Below are positions 36,101 through 47,649 of a DNA stretch of 64,000 bases, piece by piece. A model generated the notes under the pieces. The model saw only the letters and a list, made by a program, of their open reading frames with translations. It was not told the origin of the DNA and did not search any database. The DNA is taken from positions 13,516,001 to 13,580,000 of the forward strand of contig CM120640.1 of NCBI GenBank assembly GCA_051362555.1, given 5' to 3'. The position numbers and the translations under genes were made by a program. The DNA comes from Lingula anatina. Taxonomy: Eukaryota; Animalia; Brachiopoda. Each line of letters opens with the position of its first letter. Position 1 is the first letter of the stretch.

Positions 36101-39100
36101 AATTAAATGACTTACAGGCTTTCTGACACAAATTCAGAGGCTTAAAATTGGTTTCATGTCACCACTGCACTTTTACATTATAAAACAAAATTTCCATACC
36201 ATCTGTACAGGCTTTTAAAGCAGTTTCCAGATGATGCCCCTTTTCCTGACAGCTTTCTTTATCAAATCCCTAAAATGACATTTTTGTTTGATTTTACACC
36301 ATATGGTTTTATAGGAGTAAAGTTGGAGAACATTTATAAAATGTTTTTTTTAATGTCTGCCTGGGTAATAACTTATATTCAAAAGTTCTACAAATTTCAT
36401 CAAAATGTACAGTAATGGCTTGGTATATTTTTGTATAGCAGTTGTGGTGCTTTTGATGCATAGAATTTAACCATATATAAGGTAGTCTGGTTTTCAGTTT
36501 TGTTGCCATTTCACTCAATAGGATTGCTCTTATTTAAAGAAATTAAGACTTAAAAATACAGTATCTGTAAAATTCACAGTTTTCCCCCATTGAAAAGATC
36601 GAGTCATTACCCTAATATGGTAAATTTTTGCATTAAGGATATTGTTACCTTTCGTCAAAAACTCCTTATTTAATGCCTTACATACATGTACATTCTTTTG
36701 GGTAATAAATAAATGTTCAGTGTTCGGTTACTAAATTAATTAACATATACACACGTCATCTTACTGACGATTTCATAATTGCAATTTTGGGATAAAAACT
36801 AAAAAAATCAGTTTTTCAAATTTCTCTTTTACCTGAACTCCCAACTGTCATGTATTAATGCTGATTTAATGACACCATTTAGTACTACAAAGCCCTGCCA
36901 ACAATTTTTCTTGAAAGTCTTAGTTCAGATTTTATCATTGATAAAGCAAAATAATGCTTTTGGTAAATGAAAATCTGTAATTAGGGGCTCATAACTCCAT
37001 AACAAAAACATATAAACTAAAATGACAGCACGGGATTGTAGCCTATACTCTCCTGGTTAACTCTGCCAATGTTCATGATTAAATCTTATTCAGGGATGAA
37101 GTTACGCCCAATACCAATTGCTATCTCACTTCAAAATAGAAAGGTGTTTAATTTACAATTAAAAGTTTGAGTTGCCCATGTTTATACGTTGCAGTGAAAA
37201 AATATAAATGCTGATATTTTATATTTTGAGGGTTTTTTCATTGTTTTAAATCAGCACAAAGGCAGATGCATTGCTGAATAATTAGATGCAGGAAAAACTC
37301 ATTTTCGGTATCTGGATGATAACAAAGGGTTACAATAACCTTTACTTATTTTTCATAAGGGGGTGAGGGGTGATTCTTCACATTACATGATCTAATCTAT
37401 TGCAAAAAGTCTTCTTGGAAAAAAAAAAAAAACAGTACCATGTTGTACAAAATCTCAGCATAAGAAACATGACATTTTGCAGCCAGCTGCTGTGTATCAG
37501 GACACTCCTTTTGAAGATGAAGCAAGTATTTTCCAAGCTCTGCTGCATCTTGGTAGATAAACATTGCTCCAGCCTTGTCCCCTTCAATCAAGGTCTTCCT
37601 GCCACATTCCTCCAGCTTCTTCAGCATTTGTTTAGCTCTTGCAAACTAAGAGAACACAATTATACAATCTCATGTTTTATTTTGTATATTCCAAAATACT
37701 GTAGAAGATATTGTATTAAAAATCAGGTCAGGTCTAGGATTTTTATTACAAAGGAGGCAGCATCTGTTCCATTGGTGTACAGCACTTAGTTTGTCTTACC
37801 TCACAACTGTCATATTCTCATGTTCACTAAAGACATTTTACTTTGAAGTTACATATGAAGTAAGCGTAGATTCCCAATAACACATAACCACTTCTCAAAG
37901 AAAGTCAACATGCCAAAGGATTATTCAACTAAATAACATCACTTGGTCAGCCAAAAAGCAGGTTGTAAACTTGGCCTATTCATTTGTCTCTTCTGTTCAT
38001 AAAAGTCTGCCTAATCCATACTAATCAATGTACAGAATGATGCATATATAACCACTGCGCGTGTGGAGGTGTCTTGATAGTATGAAGGTTCATTGGTCTG
38101 AAAAATCTTAACATATTCAGAATAATACTGTTTTTTAATCAAGGGTTCCTTGGTCCGAAGATTCTATAGTGAACCTTTGGACCAATGAACCTTCGGACTA
38201 TTGCTATGGCCTAAGCACATAATAGCATGTTAAATATTCAAATTAGGGTTGGCAGAAATGACCAAAGTTTATAAACAGCATAGAAAAAAACCCAGAGAAT
38301 ATCTTTTCAAATATCATATTTTTTTAAGTATGATATGATACCCTTTGGTATGTCTTTAAGTTATGCTGTTTGAAACTATATGACATCACATTTTTGTCAG
38401 GTAGAAGTGGCAAGATTTAAAGTGCCTTCATATGTCAATTTAATTGGGCCTTCAAAAAATCAGATGATTGACCCTATATAATACAACACATACATTGTCT
38501 CTGAACATTTAAACCAATAAAACAAGTTTGTTAGTTTTGTAGGTCCTTAGGTTAAAAGTCCCAAATAACTGGCCTATTTGCAAGGGTTTTATAGTATATG
38601 TCCACTTTAAAGATACTTACTACTGCAGGCTGGCCTTGGCTTTTTGTCAACTGTCCAGATATGAGTGGTAAAACACATTTTCTATCTGAGGCCAAGCTTT
38701 TATCCCAGAAACCAAGGATACATGATGCTATTTATAAAAAAATCCAAAATAATTTAAAATAATTCCATACAAGGAAAATAAACTGTTTATGTGATACTTC
38801 AGTTGATGATTCCAGTGAATAGGATTCCAAACACTAAATATCATGTTATCATATCACCCTATGATAGAGTTCCAAGAACTGAAACACTTATAGCACAATG
38901 GATTTCTACTACCATATTCTCAGTAAAACTGCATTAAAATTGGTGAACGAATAACTATACAGGCCTAAAGTGATACTGACATGCACTGTCCAAACAGGAC
39001 AATTATATAATGACCTTTTTATATCTTAGATAGAATATTTTATGAATAAATTTACTAGTACATATGTTTATTATATAAAGATTATTTTTTCATTCACAAA

Positions 39101-40012
39101 CGGCTAGGCAACATAATTACCAATTAGAGAAATGGTAATGCACCAATTGCATTGTATCATCATTAATATATCATATTGTACAAGGCCATGACAATCTATG
39201 TACCAGTACAGAAATAAATTGAAAATTAAATTTATTAAAATATATAATAGCACCAGTGTTCGATGTATTAATAAAGTAATTGATTCATAAGCAGTGTTTT
39301 TCTTGCCATTGGTTTACATATAAATAGGTAAAAATATATTTGGCATTTCATTTAGCAATGTTAGTATGATACACAGGAACATGCACATATATACATAATA
39401 ATATCAGACATACAGTAGAAACGCATACCTTTGAAGAGATCTTCATAAGCTGACAGTGCCACACTCTGAAATTTGCAAAATGCACATGTAAATCTATTCC
39501 ACAGCAGAAAGTGTGTGTAGGTCAAAGGACAAATTAAAGGTCATATTTAGATCCATGATCTATTTATATGACCCTCCAAGCATACTAGTATTATAATAAT
39601 CTCACAATGCTGATTTTTTAACTCTTCTTTGTAAATTTAAAGTAAAAAAACAGGTTTTGGAAGTTGTGGGTCTTTAATGATTAAGGTTGTGGTGATAATC
39701 TGGGATGGCAACAGCTTTGTCAGCAACACCAGCAGCTACAAGTACCATCAAAATATTATATAGAGCCTCAAACAGCTTAAAAAGACTTACCAAGTCTGAA
39801 TCGATTTCTGCCTGATTTTTGTAACGATTTGCTCGCATTTTATGTAACTCTGCCAACTTTTGGAAAAAGCTCAATGTTTCCCGAGACTGAATGGACAGTT
39901 TCTCCTTGTTGATTATTTGATTGGCATATTTGATGCCTTCTGAAAGCTGTCGGAGAGATTGCCTCTTACCATCTTCCAAGTACCTAAGTAGATTTCTCTC
40001 ATGTTTTTCCAT
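14687..40012 (-). CDS. HELZ2: HELZ2-like helicase with zinc finger domains (TPR-like, CCCH/C2H2 fingers, degenerate SF1 helicase 1, RNB exoribonuclease, SF1 helicase 2 with duplicated C-terminal RecA domain)
   Basis: Phase-consistent exons (minus): 40012-39791, 39465-39429, 38727-38621 (uncertain), 37645-37439, 36269-36200, 36028-35877, 34855-34273, 33962-33710, 33017-32801, 32582-32436, 32308-31800, 31515-31060, 30458-30258, 29935-29203, 28925-28841, 27200-23408, 23159-23053, 22587-22309, 22076-21942, 21828-21173, 19725-19489, 19244-19043, 18782-18591, 16676-16435, 16193-16040, 15812-15645, 15441-15331, 14814-14687. Motifs: GPSGSGKS, TFTIDPPRAKDLDDALS, YTRFTSPIRRYIDIVVHR, GPPGTGKS, IVDESG, GDHKQL, QYRMHP, QGGEWD, INVALTRAR. 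Confidence 0.9.
16999..18084. mobile_element. PIF/Harbinger-like non-autonomous element rich in GAAT/ATTC motifs (outer copy)
   Basis: Ends TACCCCCCGTCAAAC...GTGTGATGGGGGTA, with TTA on both flanks. Confidence 0.7.
17360..17803. mobile_element. Same-family element nested in inverted orientation inside 16999-18084
   Basis: 17361-17570 is the reverse complement of about 17930-18084, and 17700-17803 is the reverse complement of about 17000-17110. TAA on both flanks. Confidence 0.7.
19805..20441. mobile_element. MITE-like element with ~55-bp imperfect terminal inverted repeats
   Basis: TAGAGGGTACTGGAGGAGACAGGATTGTGCTGGAAGTG ... CACTTCCGGCACAATCCTGTCTCCTCTGGTACTCTCTA. No TSD other than a possible TA; superfamily not assigned. 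Confidence 0.75.
23408..27200 (-). CDS. HELZ2: Giant (3.8 kb) HELZ2 exon containing the RNB (RNase II/R family) domain
   Basis: Lies inside ORF 23323-27219. Acceptor TGCAG| at 27201 and donor AG|GTATGT at 23408. RNB motifs DPPRAKDLDDA, VEEFMLLTN, HFDL and FTSPIRRY. Confidence 0.92.
27357..28174. mobile_element. PIF/Harbinger-like MITE carrying a captured copy of a HELZ2 exon fragment (Pack-TIR-like)
   Basis: ~155-bp TIRs GGCTTCATTCACATGG...CCATGTGAATGAAGCC and a perfect TTA TSD. Internal 27645-27920 matches 29306-29581 (5 mismatches in 276 bp) and is flanked by a 137-bp direct duplication of element sequence (27511-27647 / 27920-28056). Confidence 0.92.
28343..28700. repeat. Dispersed repeat fragment shared with ~42810-43000
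   Basis: cattatgtaatattgcatcaaaattgacaaaa and downstream sequence recur at about 42845. Boundaries are approximate and the family is unknown. Confidence 0.5.
34874..35182. mobile_element. Fold-back MITE (GGGGCC...GGCTCC ends, 3-bp ATT flanks, Harbinger-like)
   Basis: Long inverted arms: gtgctagctgg...catgaaaggaagaccgcttaatcctgtaatggtc versus gaccattacaggattaagcggtcttcctttcatg...ccagctagcac. ATT on both sides. Confidence 0.8.
38080..38212. repeat. Short dispersed element built from direct and inverted gaaggttcattggtccgaa units
   Basis: Units gaaggttcattggtc(c/t)gaa and their complement ggaccaatgaaccttcgga. Second copy at 40160-40298 and a remnant near 865-895. Confidence 0.65.
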
Positions 40013-40159
40013 CCTCTGTATTTTGCTATATCTTTACTGTCCCTTCTTTGAAAAAGTGTAATTGTTAGATACTTGCATGGTACCTGAAATGAAATAATGA
40101 AAGAGTTTGATTTTAAACAGATACTAACCCCTTTGGGCTGAAAAAGCTTGCATCTTTAG

Positions 40160-40298
40160 TCCGAAGGTTCATTGGTCCGAAAAGTGATAACAATTTCATC
40201 GTTTTTTTAATCAAGGGTTCATTGGTCCGAAGGTTTTATAGTGAACATTCGGACCAATGAACCTTCGGATAATTGAAGCTTTGGACTATTGCTACGGC
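40160..40298. repeat. Second copy of the gaaggttcattggtccgaa element
   Basis: Colinear with 38080-38212. Confidence 0.65.
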
Positions 40299-40573
40299 AA
40301 TTAATATAGTACCACTCGCTTTAACGGGAACCCCGGGGGCCTATATGCCGCAAAAAGCACGATTTCTACGTGTCGCTTCGGTATTATAGCTGATTTGCCA
40401 CAAAAAATCTTCATATTTTCCCGTCTTTTAGGATATTTAGTCCTCAACTAATTTGAATTTATGTTTTTTTTATCATACATGGTGTTCTCTGTCGAATTTG
40501 TTGGTTATATATAGTTACGACACCGTCATAGTTTAATCATTGTCGCTCAGTAACCCCTAACCTCAGTAGGATC

Positions 40574-42043
40574 AGCGCTGAAGTTAAGTCTGGTTTCTAG
40601 TTTCCAGTTTCGTTTTTCAAAAACGAACCTGGCAACCAGAAACTAGTGTCGTTTTTCTAAAACGATTTTGAGAAGCCAGAATAGTTTTTGCTGAGAGAAA
40701 CAGGGGTGGACGGAGGGAGAGGTAACCGGCGATTATCTTGTACCGCGACTACGTAACCTTCACAGCGAAAGCCGTGTAGGGTGTTTAGGTGGAGTTGGGG
40801 GTGGGCAGATGAGAGTGAGGAGGGGGAAGAGTCCGCAGGGTCTCCATTTGTAGTTTGAGGTATAATTTTTAATTTTATTGAAAAACATTCTGGCTTCTCA
40901 GAATCGTTTTTAAAAAACAACACTAGTTTCTGGTTGCCAGAATCGTTTTTGAAAAACGACATTAGTTTCTGGTTGCCAGAATCCAGGCCTTCCCAACTAC
41001 CAGACTAGGCACCTACGGGTCCAGAATAAACCGGTATATCTGACCACACTACCCGTTTTCAAGGTGTGTGTCAGATCGCATAAAAGAGTATCATACCCTA
41101 TCACAAATTCTGTAAGTCTACCTGTCATCCGGGTATCGCGCCTCGTTTTCGTCAAGTAGGAGTCGCATGAATACAACAGACGACTCCCTCAATCAGGGGG
41201 TGGAAACGCGCTACTTATATGATTAAGACGAGCCTAGCCGTCAGTACCGGTTATTGTTTTGTGACCTTGAGGAGCAATTAGGTTTGGTCGTTGCGGCACG
41301 CATCAACAGTAGTTGAACTACCACACCTGGGTCTTTTGTTTTTGACAACTGTTCACTCGTCATCGAGGCGCTTGTTCAAGACTACAGGCTGATATCTACT
41401 AGTACTACCAGTGGCTTCATTAGTAACGTTCCCACAATACTTAAGTTTTCTGTCCGTGCGTACAAACCCTGAAAAAGGACAGCCTCGCTGACGAGAACAA
41501 TGGACGTTTCTCACCCCTCTCTAGGATTACCCCTGCCCTCAATCTCGTCCATCCCGGTAGTCACAAAAATATTTAACCCCCGACAGAATGTGCTTCTGCT
41601 ATCAAAATTAGGTATACTTTTCTAAATTAATATATAAGTTTGCAAGTTCTTATTTACAAAACATCAATGGCTATGTCCGAACCTAAATTTTATGTTAAAA
41701 ATTGCGGTACTGTCAGATTTTAGCATAAACAGAGAAAATTGCAGCAGCGCATGAATCTAGATGAGATGCACTACTTTCCAACCCCGCTTAGGATCATTGC
41801 TATCACATCGCGCACCAGGCAAAATCGGTGTGGTGGCTGATACTCTGTAATGCGATCTGACACACACCTTGAAAACGGGTAGTGTGGTCTGATAAATCGG
41901 TTTATACTGGACCCGTAGGTGCCGAGTCTGGTAGTTGGGAAGGCCTGGAATCGTTTTTGAAAAACGAAACTGGTTTCTAGTCGGCAGGCTCGTTTTTGAA
42001 AAACGAAACTGGAAACTAGAAACTAGACACTAACTTCAGCGCT
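40574..42043. mobile_element. Inverted-repeat element with subterminal GTTTTT(C/G)AAAAACG arrays, host of a nested insertion
   Basis: AGCGCTGAAGTTA...GTTTCTAGTTTCCAGTTTCGTTTTTCAAAAACG at the left end is the reverse complement of the right end at about 41990-42043. No clear TSD. Confidence 0.75.
40984..41947. mobile_element. Non-autonomous DNA transposon with ~105-bp TIRs, CAG termini and GAATC 5-bp TSD
   Basis: CAGGCCTTCCCAACTACCAGACT...AGTCTGGTAGTTGGGAAGGCCTG, with GAATC on both sides. Removing it restores the host repeat unit gaatcgtttttgaaaaacga seen at about 40940. Confidence 0.9.
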
Positions 42044-45000
42044 CTTTTCTGCCCCATTTTGGTAATTCTCTTAGTTATACTACTTGAAACTATATGCTGG
42101 CATTCGGTTGGCTTTTGTGGCAAAAATTGACTTTATATGCATTTTATATAGCTAAAAAATATCTAAACAAATATGGTCGCTATTGACCTAACCTCCGTTA
42201 CGAAATGACTCATTTTTCATTTGAACATTGGATATGTTTGTGCTGATTGATCTATGCTCATATCAAAACAGATTGAGAGCACTTTGTTAATAAACAAATA
42301 GTATGATATAATTATATGTCTGTCCCCAATGATTCCTAAAATATTTAAATTGAAATATCTCAGGCTTTGTATTTATAGAAAACGTTTGACTTATTACCAA
42401 TACTGTTAGCACCGCATTTTCTATAATTAAAGAGAAATCTTAAATTGGTAATAATTTTTTGAATACATACAAAATCTTAATAATTGAATCAAATATGGCA
42501 CCTGTGACCTTTGGCATGATTGAAATATAACCTAATTTAGATGTTACCTAACCTCCGTAACGAAAAAAATAGGGTATCGTGTTTACACGTGCATATGTCT
42601 TTAAATACAGTAATGGTGTAGGTTAAAATTCTCCTACTACTCTCTGAATACCCCTTCATGAAAATAATATAAAAAGTTTCCCAGTTTTGCATATTTCTGC
42701 ATTTCTCGTTTTGGAATTGTACCCTTTTTCATGGAATGGCGGTGTAGGGTTAGGTGGCATGAAGCTCGGTGGTAATCAAATTTTATAAAGGTTCATGTTA
42801 TTAATATTAGATAATTAAAAATTGGTGGTAATTTTACAGTTAATCATTATGTAATATTGCATCAAAATTGACAAAAACCTACTTAGTGCACTACCACCAC
42901 AAACGTTATTAAAAGAAAACTGTGTTACTTATAATTTTTTGACTTACACGAATAATTTTTAGGGTTGACATACAGCTCAAATTAGAAAACAAGCTCTGTT
43001 GGAGTCAGGATTATCATTTTTTATTGAATTAATGCAATTTTAATGAAATTTTCATTTTTCTCATTCTGGCATTTTCCAAGTCTAAACTTAAACTCTCATG
43101 GCAGAATTGACAGTATCCTATTTTGTGCATTATTATCTTTTGCTTTTTTGTCTTTGCATTTGACAGCTTTGCTGCCTTGTTAACTGTATACAAATTATAT
43201 ACAACGGTCCTGCAACAAAAATAAAAAATCTTTTCCCATTTTTTTTTTGTATAATAATCATTATTCTACTTAATTTTTTGTGATTAGATAGGCATGTTTA
43301 TAGGGTGAGGGAGATCTGTTTGAAATCGATGTTACAATTTCACCCAATAATCTGCTGTTACATCGTCAGCTCAAATTGACAAATTCCCCAAAATGTATTA
43401 CAGAAGTGAAAGCATTATCTCATAACATGACAATGTTCATTTCCTCACTATACATGTATAAGCAGATAAGAAAATATCCTAACGTATCCAACCCTGTAAA
43501 AGTTACACACTTGAAAACATTGTTTAGAGAAGATTTATATCATATTCTCTTGAAAACAATTGCCTGTAATTACAAATATGCAATTCATAACTATGTAGGT
43601 TTTGTGAAACGAAACTGAAAATTACCCACTGAAAAATAAATGGAAACAAGAAATAGTTCCAAATACAATCCCTATACACAAAATAGTCACCCGAGATACG
43701 TTGTCTATATTTCAGGTCTCAGCATCCATCAATACCATTCACTGAAGTCATGCCTGGTGTGCAGGTGGGGAGTGAGAGCGTTCTGGCTAACAGTTCTGCA
43801 TCCACGGGAATTGTTCAAGTATATTTATTTCCATAGGGCGGTAATTCTACTTAATCGGAGCTGCTGACAAACCCAATTCTTAGTAAGCCTGGCCTATTGC
43901 CAACTGACTGTCGATCTTGTGATCAATATCACGCACGGTACTTGTGATAACATTTTTGGCAACTTTGGAAATTAATTTATAAGTCACCTGTTGATAGGTT
44001 TTAACAGAAACAGCGATTAAACAATTATCCCTGTGCTTTATCTTTTGTCAGTCGATTGATAGTCATCTCCGTGCCATCCTTGATTAAATCAATTTACAAA
44101 ACAGGCACTATGCGGGCTCACAGTTGTCACTTGTGAAAACTTCAGATGATTTCTGCCAATATCTCCCAGATTTAGAGGGGTGGGGCATTTTTGATTTCTA
44201 CAGATAATAGTGGCGCTATCTCTCCTAGATGCGCGCGGTGTGCAAAACAAACTTGCTTTACTCACTTCGTATTGCAAATATTGTGATGCGACAATAGCCT
44301 GTGAACGTCATTCACCTGTGTAAATGGGCTTTAAATACATCGATAACTACAAAAACCGTCTTTAGCTTAAGCAATCTAATGAATGCCACCAGCCAAAAAG
44401 CTACTTGAAGGGCAATAAAATGATAAAATGTTGATGATTTTATGCAAGGTACTTGCGTTTTGTTCTGTGATCCTCTCCAAAGGTGTTTATGCATGTAGGC
44501 CTTATCATAAAATATGAAATAGTACTTATTTAATCAATCTGTCTGTTTGTTTACAGCATTGCCTGCATTGTTGCAATGATCTGGAGATAAAACCCTAGAG
44601 AACAAAAAGTCGTCGGACCAACAACGAGCTATAAGCTACAACAAACGAGTCGCTGGCAAGCCAACGCTGTGGGCCGATTACGGCGTCACTTGCATGTCAC
44701 GTGAAAAAAAACTGCGGTAATACCCACGTTATCAGTGGTGAGACATATTACTTATTTTTAATCGAAACTAAAATAAAAGACGGTATGTCAAGTGTACAAA
44801 CGTTGATCACCCAAACAAAATATAGAAGTGCATTTCACATGGTGAAGTATCAAAAAACTGAATTGAAAGAATGCTAAGTTGTATTCAGTTTTTTTTTAAA
44901 CATATACGTGCTTAGAACAACAATCCACGACTGTCTCAATTTTACATACATTAAATGTTCACCATATTTATACATTGTGTAACGTATGTTCCGGGCCGTA

Positions 45001-45854
45001 TAATTTTAATTTCGATATTGCGTTCCCATATATTTTGTAGTGATTAAGTCACAGTAAATTATACACTCTATTTGACGTGAGGATGTTTTTATAAATATTT
45101 AAGCTGTAACTCAAGGGGCTTTGAGTCATGGTTAATACTACGTTTCACATGTTTCCCAGGAAAACTGACAGACAGTTTTATCTTGCCCAAGTACTTGGTG
45201 AACAGGAAACAGGGTTCTCTGTTCCTGACTGAAAATATAGTGTGATTCTATTACAGGTTGACATTTCTGATACAATAATTGAACCACATATGGAAAAGAG
45301 TTTATTTAATGCTTATTTTACTGTTAGTAGGGTTTATTCAACTCCCCATTTTATAATATTCAGTGTCAAGCAGATTAAAGTCGTTTAAAAATTAACTGCT
45401 CTGTATAGAAGATTATCAAATTTTTTTACGTTGTACCTGTAGGAGAAAAATAACAGAACAAAACCAGTGATGATTGAGTTTTCAAAGTGAGTAAAGGTTC
45501 CAAGTGAAACTATGATGTGAGACCCTAAAATAATCAAGCATAGTTTGTAATCTGTGCACTAAATATTTTAAAGAGCATGCCCGTGACCTCATATATTGGG
45601 TATATTTGGTTTGAGTGTGATCAATGATAAGGTTTGACCTGTGTACAACTCCATTGTTTAACCAAGTAAAGTTAACCTTAGTTCAAGATAACTTGAAGGG
45701 CTTTGATCCGATTAAATGATTTAAGTTAAATATTGATACACACTTCATTTTAACGTACATGTAGCACTGGTTTTGCGTTAATACTGATGGACTAAAGAAC
45801 ATGTTAAAACTTGCAAGTTTAAAGTAAAACTATAAATTTTCAATTATGTCTTAC

Positions 45855-45945
45855 CTCTGTCAAGAAGGTTATGTTCTCTGTCTTGTCTGTCCTGTTGCGA
45901 CTTTTCTTTCGGTTCCATTCCTCTCACCCTTTCTTTTGTAGGCAT
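45855..45945 (-). other. Candidate first exon of the HELZ2-like gene (uORF-bearing)
   Basis: Minus strand reads ATG...MPTKERVRGMEPKEKSQQDRQDREHNLLDR, then GAG|GTAAGA donor in phase 1, compatible with the acceptor at 40083. It lies just downstream of the ISRE and kB motifs. Confidence 0.4.
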
Positions 45946-46375
45946 TTGTCCCTAAATGGGGGCATGTTGGTAAAATAGGTTAATAAAACTAGCCCGTAAC
46001 TTCAGTTTCGGTATTGGATACAAAAACTTAATCGTTTGAACATATGTTGAGGACGCACTAAATGACAACCAGAACCTTCCTAAAAAAAGTTAACACCTGC
46101 TAATGACCGTCGGAGAATATCAGAAACACTTCGTTGTAATGAATATCTTTCAATTGACCTACGGACATAAAAAACCTACTATACGACTATACGCACTCCC
46201 CCGCCAACGATCGACATGCAAAGGACACAAAATAATTTACATGTCAACATGAACTTAAAATATCCGTATATCTTTGAGAAACTGTTCCACACCTGCTTTA
46301 AGTTTGGAGAACTATCTGTTTTTTTAATGCAACATACTAGTTCGATCGTAGCAGAATGATTCGATTATACCGGGT

Positions 46376-46389
46376 AGTTTCACTTTCGG
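46376..46389. promoter_or_regulatory. ISRE / IRF-binding element
   Basis: AGTTTCACTTTCGG (minus strand GAAAGTGAAACT) matches the ISRE core AGTTTCNNTTTC. Confidence 0.55.
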
Positions 46390-46619
46390 TGGTCTGTCTT
46401 CCCGTAGGATCACACTCCTTTGTGTGGTAGATCCAGGTCTTACGATATTGAAAGCATATCTCAGCCTTTTAGTTACATCAGTCATCAAAAATTTACTGTA
46501 CCTGTGTGAGCTGTAATATATCCACCTGGGACTTAATCGACCTGTTTACATTCGTATATTTTCAGACACATATCATGCAGATGTCAGATGCGTGCGCAAG
46601 CACATATTTCCTCACAACT

Positions 46620-46630
46620 GGGGAATCCCC
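46620..46630. promoter_or_regulatory. NF-kB (Rel) site
   Basis: GGGGAATCCCC is a palindromic match to GGGRNWYYCC, about 240 bp from the ISRE. Confidence 0.55.
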
Positions 46631-47649
46631 TTTCAGAAGTTAATACAACATCGATAGTATTTTGCTTCAAATGGACAGAAGTGCGTAGAACTGGCATAAG
46701 TGGGTTTCAACTCAAGAGTGTCGCTTGTGATATCTTTATGTCCACACAGAACACAGGACAGGCACATTTATATATTTTTATTATAACTATGGCAAGCCAA
46801 AGGGGAAATAATTGCAGAACATGTTTATCACAGCCCAGAACCAATAAATAGTATTCAGAAATATGATTTCAATGCCAAAAATCATATCTATACACATATC
46901 AGGAAGTAAATTTATACTTCAGAAATGATTTCCTCTTCAGAAATATCCTACATCATAGATAAGAAACATTTATCATTCATAAGAACTGAAGTTCATGTTG
47001 CAGAAAAAAAAACAATATCAGAATATTTTAGAACATGTTGCAGGAAAAAAAATCACATCAGAATTTTGCCAGGAGACCACGTGACCAAGCCGGTAACGTC
47101 ATTGACATGTTGTAAAGTCCATAAAGTGATTTTTTTTCTGCAACATGTTCTAAAATATATATATATATGTTTTTAGGTCTTCCCTTTTAAAATGGTGGAT
47201 TCATTCCCATGTCTACAAAAACTATACAAATTGAGAGAAAGCACTTTTATTTAACATCTTTCATACACCATTTAATACCAAACTGAAAAATAAACATAAA
47301 ATTGTGTATTACTTTTACATACAGTTTCAAAGGAACATAAATTTACATGATGAACAGAAGTTATTACTAAATGTTTAACACTGTACTTATCTTCAAAATC
47401 CTTACAGGAAAGGGTCTACATATTTTAAGAGTTTTTTAAAAGTATTGAATTTGATAGGGAGTTAACAGATTTCTAAATGATACACAATATATAACAATTA
47501 TTATATGGCAGGATTTTTACACCCATATGTTTACAACTAGTTTTATCAACTAGTTTTATCATTTATTCAGGACCACTAATTTCTCCCTATGCTTTTAATG
47601 GTTTTATGAAAAATCATTATAATTTTTCATTAAGACATATTCTTAAAAT

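Noticed and set aside
37800-37826. 27-nt micro-exon with a good donor in the HELZ2 5' region
   Set aside because: It introduces a stop in the phases required by the neighbouring exons.
43700-44760. CpG-richer stretch that might be a TE remnant or alternative promoter
   Set aside because: No termini, TSD, recognisable ORF or second copy in the window, so I cannot support a call.
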